From: Candidatus Latescibacterota bacterium
GTDB lineage: Bacteria; Latescibacterota; UBA2968
Assembly: GCA_965208125.1 (NCBI GenBank)
Contig: OZ242320.1
Location: forward strand, 1,280,001-1,344,000
Direction: 5' to 3'
DNA: 64,000 nt
Shown here piece by piece: positions 19,442 to 27,443 of this stretch; position 1 is the first letter of the stretch, and every line of letters starts with the position of its first letter. The translations under genes were made by a program, and so were the position numbers. The notes under the pieces are model-generated. The model was not told the origin of the DNA. It searched no databases and saw only the letters and a list, made by a program, of their open reading frames with translations.

Positions 19442-20487
19442 ATGAACCATTTCTCAAAATCGATAACCTGTCTAAAAACTACGGCGAAACCCGGGCACTC
19501 TCGGAAATTTCACTCTCTCTTCGCGCCGAAGAACTCCTCGTCATCCTGGGACCAACAGGTGCGGGCAAAACAACGCTACTGCGCATCATCGCGGGCCTCG
19601 AAGCAGCGGATACCGGACGTATAACCGTCAATGGCACAGACATAACCCATCAGCTACCCGCAGAACGCGACATCGCCCTCGTCTTTCAGAACTTCTCACT
19701 TTACCCCAACAAAACCGTGCGCCAGAACCTCGAATTTCCACTCCAGGCACCCGGACGCAACCTCTCAAAAGAAGACATAGCAAACAGAATTTCTCACACC
19801 GCCGACCTGCTTCGCATACCCCCGCTATTAGACCGACCCGCCACGCACCTGTCCGGCGGCGAAATGCAACGCGTCGCAATCGGACGCGCCATCGTGCGCC
19901 AACCCCGACTCTTTCTTCTGGACGAACCCCTCACCAACCTGGATGCAAAATTGCGCGAAGTATTGCGCGTCGAACTCATCCGCCTTCAGCGGAACCTCAG
20001 CACACCCATGATTTACGTCACGCACGACCGGATTGAAGCCCTCTCAATGGGCGACCGAATCGCCGTATTGTCCGAAGGAAAAATCCTGCAAATCGGCTCT
20101 CCAGAAGAAATCTACCAGCAACCCAATTCCCCGACCGTCGCCCGTCAACTCGGCTATCCCCCCATCAACACCATAGACGTCCACAAACAGCGAAACCAAT
20201 GGTTCACCACCACGAATCAACCCATCATGACCACAGACCACAACGCCCCTTCAAACGCCACCCTCGGCATCCGCGCGGAAGATATTTCACCCCGTGGAGG
20301 CGAAATCCCTGCGACCATCGAAGTCATCGAAGACCTCGGCGCATCGACCATCTTGCTCGCCGACTGGGCGGGACAACCCATCCAGATTTTGACCTCCGGT
20401 GAGCAACAATGTCGCGTTGGAGATGAAATATACCCGTCCATTGATCCGGACCGCGTTCTGGTGTGGGAAAGGCACCGTCAAGAGTGA
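19438..20487 (+). CDS. Sugar ABC transporter ATP-binding protein (second copy)
   Basis: GPTGAGKTT, LSGGEMQR, LLDEPL.NLDAKLR, VTHD. ATGA overlap. Confidence 0.93.
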   Translation: MNEPFLKIDNLSKNYGETRALSEISLSLRAEELLVILGPTGAGKTTLLRIIAGLEAADTGRITVNGTDITHQLPAERDIALVFQNFSLYPNKTVRQNLEFPLQAPGRNLSKEDIANRISHTADLLRIPPLLDRPATHLSGGEMQRVAIGRAIVRQPRLFLLDEPLTNLDAKLREVLRVELIRLQRNLSTPMIYVTHDRIEALSMGDRIAVLSEGKILQIGSPEEIYQQPNSPTVARQLGYPPINTIDVHKQRNQWFTTTNQPIMTTDHNAPSNATLGIRAEDISPRGGEIPATIEVIEDLGASTILLADWAGQPIQILTSGEQQCRVGDEIYPSIDPDRVLVWERHRQE

Positions 20488-20517
20488 TGTACAACTGGTC
20501 GATTTACAGACCAGTTC

Positions 20518-20551
20518 ATCAGGATAGGCAGGGTTGAAGGATGAACAGGAT
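20518..20551 (+). repeat. 34-bp CAGGAT-rich repeat, copy 1
   Basis: ATCAGGATAGGCAGGGTTGAAGGATGAACAGGAT, 31/34 identical to 24484..24517. Confidence 0.75.
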
Positions 20552-20608
20552 AAAAGACGGAAGGTATCCGCAGATGGGCGCATCAGACATATGCGGAATT
20601 TTTCGTTC

Positions 20609-20638
20609 TTGACATTGAAGTAGCAATCGTGTTACCAT
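20609..20638 (+). promoter_or_regulatory. Putative sigma70 promoter
   Basis: TTGACA-18 nt-TACCAT with extended -10 TG, 66 bp upstream of the DUF2059 gene. Confidence 0.55.
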
Positions 20639-20704
20639 ACGGCTTAGCATGCACTCAACTCGAGTACCGCGTAACGTCGTAAACCGAGAAAGGAGACATA
20701 CAGT

Positions 20705-21181
20705 ATGAAAACGCGAATCATCATATGGGTGGCTTCATTGGCTTTAACAGGGGCATTTAATGTTGTCGCAGAAGAAATGCCTGACCCGGCTGCTGTATCC
20801 AAGAGAGCGGATATCAAACGCCTGATGGAAATAACCGATGTGGACAATCTCAGCATGCAAATTATGAATCGGCTGATTCTCACCATGAAGCAAGGCCGCT
20901 CTGAAGCTCGGGAAAAGTTCTGGGATGATTTCAAGGCTGAAGTTAACCCAAATGATCTTATCGAAATGATAATACCCATTTATGCGAAGCATTTTACCCA
21001 TGAGGAAATCAAGCAACTGATCGCATTTCATGAGTCTCCTATAGGGAAAAAGCTGATTAAAGTCCAACCTCAAATCATGATGGAATCCATGGCGGCGGGC
21101 GAAGAATGGGGGAAAGATCTGGCCAAGAAGATCATGAAGAAACTCCATGAAGAAGAAATGCAGGCTGAAGAAGAAATGTAG
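20705..21181 (+). CDS. DUF2059 domain secreted protein
   Basis: RBS AAGGAG, signal peptide, IPIYAKHFT.EEIKQLIAF.ESP.GKKL....P.I..ESM.AG..WG. Confidence 0.85.
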   Translation: MKTRIIIWVASLALTGAFNVVAEEMPDPAAVSKRADIKRLMEITDVDNLSMQIMNRLILTMKQGRSEAREKFWDDFKAEVNPNDLIEMIIPIYAKHFTHEEIKQLIAFHESPIGKKLIKVQPQIMMESMAAGEEWGKDLAKKIMKKLHEEEMQAEEEM

Positions 21182-21264
21182 AATAAATAGGTGTGTTTCA
21201 AAAAACATTATTTGGAGGTAGATCTCTGAATCCGCCCCCTGGCTCATTATATTGAAGATTCAAA

Positions 21265-21305
21265 GAAGGTTCTTTCAGGCTTGCTGGAAGAACCTTCTCA
21301 TTTTA
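21265..21305 (+). terminator. Putative intrinsic terminator
   Basis: AGAAGGTTCTTTCAG-gcttg-CTGGAAGAACCTTCT followed by CATTTT. Confidence 0.5.
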
Positions 21306-21537
21306 TACTGAGCAGTGCAAGAGGTCCAGGCAGACAGGCCATCGGATGCGTGACGCAATTTTAAGCATTTGGCCTTCGAGGAAAGCATATCGAAATAAAT
21401 TGCTATAAAACAATTATTTTTTATCAGTAATACATACGTTTGTGAAAATATGGACTTGATCTGTTTTGGTGGATACCTCAGCAGTAGTTAGAAGGGATGT
21501 ACGAAACAGCGATTTCCAACTTTGCCGAGTATCAAAC

Positions 21538-23025
21538 ATGATACAAACTTACTCAATCATCTCATTCCTCGTATGCGTCTTGCAGACCAGCACTTGTGTT
21601 GCCTACGATCTTATTGGCACAGCTGCATTATCTGAAGAACTCGTCGCGCAGCACTACACCATCAATCCCAACCTCGACGCCGTTATTGTTGTGGACCGGA
21701 CAATTCCGACCTTTGAATACCATACCTACTACTGCGCTGGCTCAGCAGATGAAGAGGAAGGGAAACAAGGACGGCTACACTTCTTAGAGCACATCATGGC
21801 AGGTACTGGAAGCCATGAATATGGAAAACTCAATCAGATCATTAACGAGAATGGGGGACAATCAAATGCCTATACTTCTTCCCATTTTACATACTTTGTA
21901 ATGAGATTTCCAAAGGACAAATTTGATCTCGCAGTTGAAATAGACTCGGATAGATATCACAGCACAAGGATTGATGAAGAAGTTGTTGAAAAGGAAAAGA
22001 GAATCGTACTGACGGAAATAAGTCGCGGACAGTCAGATTTTGGGAGAAATTTCTCCAATCGCTTTTGGGGCCTGGTCTATAAAAAAAAGAATTTTGATGG
22101 CCTTGGCGCTGAGGATTTTATTAAACAACTCAAACCTGATGATTTGAAAGTGTACCATGAAAATTTTTTGCGTCGCCAAAAAAAATTGATCGTTGTAATC
22201 GGCGATGTGGAGATTGACCATGTTCTGACCAAACTGGACGAAGCTTATGGCAATGAACAAATATCAGGTGGATTGTCGGACGAATTGCCTCCTCCGCAAT
22301 TACCCAATCCCGAAATACTCGGGAAAAAAGAAAAACTCACTTCAAAAAATCTCAGTGTTGCCAAATTCCGGAAAAGTTGGCACACCCCTCATTTAGGCCA
22401 TCGCGACTATGCGACCTTGCTCATTCTTGCTCGCATTCTAAATAAAAGCTCAAATTCCCTGCGGTCTTCTGTGATTGATTCTAAGCTCGCAAGGGTTTTC
22501 AGTGTATCGTTTTATCATAATAAAGGATTTAGTTTACTGAGTTGCTCGGCAGACCTGCCGCTCGACACTACCATAGATGCCATTGAAACCACTGTCCAAA
22601 CAGAATTAGAGAAGATCAGAGCGCATGGTGTCTCTGAAGATGACTTTACTGCGGCTCGAAATTTGCAGTTAAAGTCAATGTATTCCAGATTTTACGACCG
22701 CTCATATATGGCCAATGAGTTCGGACGGGCATTCGCCTATGCCAACGGTCCCCTGCTATATCCAAAATTGATAAAAGATCTCAAATCTGTCCGTAGAGAC
22801 GATATCCCGCACTTGATAGATCAATATCTGACAAATAACAATTCCATAACTCTATCACTAACGATGCCAGAAAAAAAACGGTCTATCGGCGCTGTAATAG
22901 TGGGAAGTATTTTTATTATTTTTTCTGCTATTATGGTTCTATTTGCGGTGATAGAGGTTATCAAAAAATTGATCAGTAAATCCTCCCAAAAGGCCAATGA
23001 ATATGTTCCTGAAAGTGATACTTAG
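21538..23025 (+). CDS. M16 (pitrilysin/insulinase) zinc peptidase, catalytic subunit, with signal peptide and C-terminal TM helix
   Basis: AGS.DE..G..G..HFLEH (HxxEH), GG.SNAYTS, EK..VL.E. Hydrophobic IGAVIVGSIFIIFSAIMVLFAVI near the C-terminus. Confidence 0.85.
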   Translation: MIQTYSIISFLVCVLQTSTCVAYDLIGTAALSEELVAQHYTINPNLDAVIVVDRTIPTFEYHTYYCAGSADEEEGKQGRLHFLEHIMAGTGSHEYGKLNQIINENGGQSNAYTSSHFTYFVMRFPKDKFDLAVEIDSDRYHSTRIDEEVVEKEKRIVLTEISRGQSDFGRNFSNRFWGLVYKKKNFDGLGAEDFIKQLKPDDLKVYHENFLRRQKKLIVVIGDVEIDHVLTKLDEAYGNEQISGGLSDELPPPQLPNPEILGKKEKLTSKNLSVAKFRKSWHTPHLGHRDYATLLILARILNKSSNSLRSSVIDSKLARVFSVSFYHNKGFSLLSCSADLPLDTTIDAIETTVQTELEKIRAHGVSEDDFTAARNLQLKSMYSRFYDRSYMANEFGRAFAYANGPLLYPKLIKDLKSVRRDDIPHLIDQYLTNNNSITLSLTMPEKKRSIGAVIVGSIFIIFSAIMVLFAVIEVIKKLISKSSQKANEYVPESDT

Positions 23026-24463
23026 TTTTGCCCTGTGCTACGTGGTTGGTATCCTGCCCGCTTATGCAGAGATTTCTAACCACCAAATTTTTTATCGTCA
23101 GGACAAACGCGCCCCATTGACCAAAATTGAGATTGTCTTTCTCGGAGCGGGAAGCAACCAGGAACAGCCTTCCCAGATTGAGCTTGCAAGGACGGTCTCA
23201 AAGTTGATTTGGGAGTCTGCAAAAAAGCGAGGGTACATAGATCAATTGGCAGTATTAGGGACTGATTTATCTGTCCTTCCCAACACAACATCCCTGACCA
23301 TATCCGCTTCTACCCTATCTGAGAATTGTGCTGAGTCCATAGAAATAATCCGCGATGTCATATATAATTTCGATTTTTCCGAATCCGACCTGGAAGATAT
23401 AAAAAAACAGAGAGTTATTTATTACCAGAACCATCTCAGGAACAAATCCTATATTTATTTAAGACATTTTGCATTTTCAGAAATAAAAGTGAAAAAGACG
23501 TACAAGCCCTTAAAAATGCTGAAGAACCTTTCTGAAAAGGACATCAGGCAATATTATGCACGGCTTCTGAAAACAGAAGTGGTGTTCTTTAAGACGATCT
23601 CAAACCGAGATTCCACTGAGGTCGCTAAACTGCTTCGTCCAATTATAGAAGATAGGGAGAATCGCCCACGGCGACAGGCAGACGGGTTTGTAGATTCACT
23701 GAGATCTCCACCATTTAAGATACTCTCAGACCGAGATTCCACCGAGATTGCCAAATTGTTTCGTCCACTACCACGACAGGCAGACGGGTTTGTGCATTCA
23801 TTCGTACCTCCAGCAATCGATCATCATTTTGGCCCTTCGGTTTTTGTCCTGGATTCAAACCTGAAGAATATTTGGTGTTATTGGCTGATCCCTTATGGAA
23901 GTATAGGGGAGACAAATTATATTCCTTCAATGATATCCCTGGTGCTTGGACGATATGGTGCTCGAGGATTGCTTTACAAATATTTTAGAGAAGAGTTGGG
24001 ATTGGTTTATGGTATTGGTAGTGATTATCCATTAGTGCAATATATCAGATTTCTCAAAATTTACGCCGATCCCCAGTTACAGAATAGCGAAGAATTGATC
24101 GGAAAAATGTCCGATTTCATACGAGGGCTTCCCGATAACCCCCGCTTCTGGGTGGGAATAAAAGAGTTGCGTGAGAATAGCAATATCGCCTATGCCCATG
24201 TCCATGAACGACTGACACCGCAGCAAAGACTGGATGGTGAAGTATATCGAGCCATCTATAATCCACCACATCGCAAAGGCGGTTATAAGTCAATTACCGA
24301 TGCTGAGATACGTGCCTATCTCGAAAAATTTTTCGTCCCGGAAAATATGGTCATGATGTTTATCGGACCAAAGGATAATATTATAGAGATTTTAAATGCA
24401 AACTGGCCTGAAGTTGAAGTTCAGGTGCAGAGTTTGCAGAGCTTGCAGAATTTCCTAAAATAA
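22997..24463 (+). CDS. M16 peptidase non-catalytic partner subunit
   Basis: Signal peptide, P..KI.IVF.GAGS..E, no HxxEH, L...FREELGLVYGI (R/Y pair). Overlaps the upstream gene by 29 bp. Confidence 0.75.
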   Translation: MNMFLKVILSFALCYVVGILPAYAEISNHQIFYRQDKRAPLTKIEIVFLGAGSNQEQPSQIELARTVSKLIWESAKKRGYIDQLAVLGTDLSVLPNTTSLTISASTLSENCAESIEIIRDVIYNFDFSESDLEDIKKQRVIYYQNHLRNKSYIYLRHFAFSEIKVKKTYKPLKMLKNLSEKDIRQYYARLLKTEVVFFKTISNRDSTEVAKLLRPIIEDRENRPRRQADGFVDSLRSPPFKILSDRDSTEIAKLFRPLPRQADGFVHSFVPPAIDHHFGPSVFVLDSNLKNIWCYWLIPYGSIGETNYIPSMISLVLGRYGARGLLYKYFREELGLVYGIGSDYPLVQYIRFLKIYADPQLQNSEELIGKMSDFIRGLPDNPRFWVGIKELRENSNIAYAHVHERLTPQQRLDGEVYRAIYNPPHRKGGYKSITDAEIRAYLEKFFVPENMVMMFIGPKDNIIEILNANWPEVEVQVQSLQSLQNFLK

Positions 24464-24483
24464 TAAAAGCAAGCACCGTCAAA

Positions 24484-24517
24484 ATCAGGATAGGCAGGAT
24501 GGAAGGATGATCAGGAT
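24484..24517 (+). repeat. 34-bp CAGGAT-rich repeat, copy 2
   Basis: ATCAGGATAGGCAGGATGGAAGGATGATCAGGAT, direct repeat of 20518..20551. Confidence 0.75.
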
Positions 24518-24594
24518 GAGAACCCGTAGGGTGGAGAACGTAGCATAAGCACATAGATCAGAGAACGTATAACCACTAACATGAGGAACCGACT

Positions 24595-25197
24595 GTGGAA
24601 GCGTTTATTATTTTGACCATTCTCATTATTGTAATCCTTGGGACTTTTGGCCGATGGGCAAAGAATTTCTTTGGTTGTTGTTGCCACGAATGTGGAACCA
24701 AAATGCAGCCATTCGAGAAATTGCCCGATAATGACAAGTCCGATATTCTGGAATACTTCAGGCGTTTTGAGAACCGCGAGCCAAACACAGAGGGCATTTT
24801 CGCGTGTGGGCATTGTCTGATGGTGTACGACGACTTCTCGGGTGAAAAGCGAACGATGGATGGTGACGAAAAGTCATTCTGCAAAGTGTGCAACTCTGCA
24901 GGTGTATCGTATATAGGTCCCATGGTGGTTTCCGGCGAGTTGGAAAAATTCCAGGAACGCAACAAAAACCTGATCGAACAAATTGAGTGCCTGCGATGCC
25001 AAAGAAAACCTTCGGGAGTTTGGGACTGCATCCCCTGCGACACAGAGATCAAGATAACGGCTTGCCGACGTTGCTATTCGGTCTATGCTCAGATGCCTAT
25101 TAATGGCAGTCGATACAGATTTCATGTCCTGCTTTCGGACAATACAGTAATCAAGGAGTCTGCCGACTCAAAGTGGGGTTTATTTGAACCAGATTAA
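24595..25197 (+). CDS. Membrane-anchored Cys-rich (six CxxC) hypothetical protein
   Basis: GAGG RBS before GTG, N-terminal TM helix, CHEC, CGHC, CKVC, CLRC, CIPC, CRRC. Confidence 0.7.
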   Translation: MEAFIILTILIIVILGTFGRWAKNFFGCCCHECGTKMQPFEKLPDNDKSDILEYFRRFENREPNTEGIFACGHCLMVYDDFSGEKRTMDGDEKSFCKVCNSAGVSYIGPMVVSGELEKFQERNKNLIEQIECLRCQRKPSGVWDCIPCDTEIKITACRRCYSVYAQMPINGSRYRFHVLLSDNTVIKESADSKWGLFEPD

Positions 25198-25224
25198 ACA
25201 ATGATATGCAAAGCGAATCCAAAC

Positions 25225-25260
25225 AAAAAAGCCGACGCGCAAACGTCGGTTTTTATTTTT
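25225..25260. terminator. Bidirectional intrinsic terminator
   Basis: AAAAAA-GCCGACG-cgcaaa-CGTCGGT-TTTTATTTT between convergent genes. Confidence 0.75.
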
Positions 25261-25273
25261 CTCAGTCCACTCC

Positions 25274-27439
25274 TCAAGACGAACTCTCCGGCGGATCTTC
25301 GAGGCGATAAGCAGAGGTAATATTGGGAATCTTGCGGAGGTTTTGCAGAAGTCCTTCGAGGTGGTCGGCATCTTTGATCTCCACCTGGAACTGGTTGTTA
25401 ATCTCCTCGCGCCTGGTCTCGATACTGGCACCCACAATGGGAACACCGAGATTGGACATAACCTGTGTCATATCGGACAACAAATTGGTGCGATCCCTGC
25501 CCGTGACCTGGATGGTAGCAGTAAAAGTTTCCGTCTGATCGGTTTCCCAATCGAGTTCGACCACGCGACCGGGGTCAGAAGACAAATTGGGCAAATTGGA
25601 ACACCCCCGGCGATGGACAGATATACCGCGTCCGCGCGTCACAATACCAATAACCGGATCGCCCGCAATGGGATTGCAGCACCGGGCATACTGAATCATC
25701 AAATCGTTCAACCCGTGAATGCGCAGCGCATCCGCATTCTTTTTTCGGCTCTCCTTTTGAACATCGCCAAGAGGCTTGCGCGCCGTGGGAAAAAGCTGAT
25801 TGATAAACTTGCCAATTGAAATATCGCCATTGCCTATCGCGGCAAAAAGATGATCTGTATCTTCTTGTTTCAGTGCTTTGGCTACGCTTTTCAGCTCCTC
25901 ATTGCTCGCGCGTTTGCGCTGCTGTCGCAACTCGCGATCGACCATCTCGCGCCCCAGTCGAACGCTCTGATTAAAAGCCTCTTCGCGCAGAACCCGTCGA
26001 ATACAACTTCGCGCTTTGGCACTCTTGACAAAATCGAGCCAATCGCGGTGCGGACGCTGGTGTGGCGACGTAATAATCTCAACCGTCTGCCCTGTCTCAA
26101 GCGGCGTAGATAATGGCACCATCTGACTGTCAATGCGGGCGCCCACACAGCGATTGCCAATTTCGGTATGCACTGCAAAGGCAAAATCGACGGGCGTGGC
26201 CTCATCGGGAAGCTGAATCAAATCGCCCTGAGGTGTAAAAACATAAATCTCATTTGAAAAGAGATCGACCTTGAGTTCCTCGATAATTTCTTGAGGATCT
26301 GATGTCTCCCCCTGCCACTCGAGCATATTGCGAAGCCCGTCTATTTGTTGATCGAGTTCCGACCTTTCTGGAGACCCCTCTTTGTAAAGCCAGTGTGCTG
26401 CAATACCCTCTTCTGCTGTCTGGTGCATCTCGTGGGTGCGTATCTGCACCTCGATCATCAACCCTCGAGGGCCTATCACCGTCGTGTGCAAAGACTGATA
26501 CATATTGCTCTTGGGCGTTGCAATAAAATCCTTAAAACGGGGCATAACCGGTGTATAGAGCGAGTGAATCATACCCAGAACGTGATAACATTCCTGAACC
26601 GTATCGACCAGTATGCGGATGGCTAACAAATCGTAGATATCTTCAAAAGCTTTGCTCCGCGTCTGCATCTTCTGGTGAATACTGAAGAAATTCTTGGGAC
26701 GTCCTGTAATTTCCGCCCGAATATTCTCTTTTTTTAGAATTTTTTGCAGCGGCACGCGCATCTCTTCGATATAGGCCTCGCGCGCGCGTCTCTTGAGGCG
26801 GATCTTTTTGCTAATCGCACGATAGGCTTCGGGTTCAAGCCACTTGAGAGCCAGATCTTCAAGCTCCCACCGAATGCGCGCAATCCCCAAACGGTGCGCC
26901 AGAGGCGCGTAAATATCGAGACTCTCGCGCGCCATGCGTTCGCGCGTTTCAGGAGGCAGGGGATCCAGCGTGCGCATATTGTGCAGGCGTTCGCAAAACT
27001 TAATAAGAACAACGCGCAAATCGTTGATCAAAGACAGAAACATCTTGCGGAAATTCTCAGCTTGCTCGGCCTCTTGCGACTGGAAGGACAGATCTTTGAT
27101 CCGGGTCACACCGCCAACCAGATCGGCAATATGAGAACCAAAATGACGCGCAATTTGTGCGTGGGTTGCTGTGCCGTGCGCTATGGTATCGTGCAAAATA
27201 CCAGCCACCAGAGTTGCAGTATCCTGATTGAGGTCTATCAGAATGCGTCCAACCTCAAGCGCGTGAACAATATACGGCTGGCCCGACTTGCGAAAATGAT
27301 CCTGATGTGCTTTCCTCGCAAAATGAAAGGCGCGGGTCAAGAGTTTTACATTGTGATCGGAGCGGCTTTGAAGAGCCTGTTGGAGAAATGCGTCAAAGAT
27401 GGGATCATCTGCGAAGGATTTTTGGGGGAGTTTGGTCAT
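25274..27439 (-). CDS. rel: Long RelA/SpoT homolog (HD-SYNTH-TGS-ZFD-ACT)
   Basis: RKSG.PYI.H, IYAPLAHRLG, GRPK..FSI..KM, DIYDL.AIR, RFKDFIA.PK.N.YQSLHT, EVQIRT, FTPQG..LP..ATPVDFA, CCNP..GD, C-terminal ACT. Confidence 0.95.
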   Translation of the reverse strand: MTKLPQKSFADDPIFDAFLQQALQSRSDHNVKLLTRAFHFARKAHQDHFRKSGQPYIVHALEVGRILIDLNQDTATLVAGILHDTIAHGTATHAQIARHFGSHIADLVGGVTRIKDLSFQSQEAEQAENFRKMFLSLINDLRVVLIKFCERLHNMRTLDPLPPETRERMARESLDIYAPLAHRLGIARIRWELEDLALKWLEPEAYRAISKKIRLKRRAREAYIEEMRVPLQKILKKENIRAEITGRPKNFFSIHQKMQTRSKAFEDIYDLLAIRILVDTVQECYHVLGMIHSLYTPVMPRFKDFIATPKSNMYQSLHTTVIGPRGLMIEVQIRTHEMHQTAEEGIAAHWLYKEGSPERSELDQQIDGLRNMLEWQGETSDPQEIIEELKVDLFSNEIYVFTPQGDLIQLPDEATPVDFAFAVHTEIGNRCVGARIDSQMVPLSTPLETGQTVEIITSPHQRPHRDWLDFVKSAKARSCIRRVLREEAFNQSVRLGREMVDRELRQQRKRASNEELKSVAKALKQEDTDHLFAAIGNGDISIGKFINQLFPTARKPLGDVQKESRKKNADALRIHGLNDLMIQYARCCNPIAGDPVIGIVTRGRGISVHRRGCSNLPNLSSDPGRVVELDWETDQTETFTATIQVTGRDRTNLLSDMTQVMSNLGVPIVGASIETRREEINNQFQVEIKDADHLEGLLQNLRKIPNITSAYRLEDPPESSS

Positions 27440-27443
27440 AGTA

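Noticed and set aside
21210-21222. 13-bp inverted match ATTTGGAGGTAGA with about 51055-51067
   Set aside because: Short, centred on a Shine-Dalgarno-like core, and plausibly chance.
24595-25197. Multiheme cytochrome c
   Set aside because: None of the CxxC pairs is followed by His.
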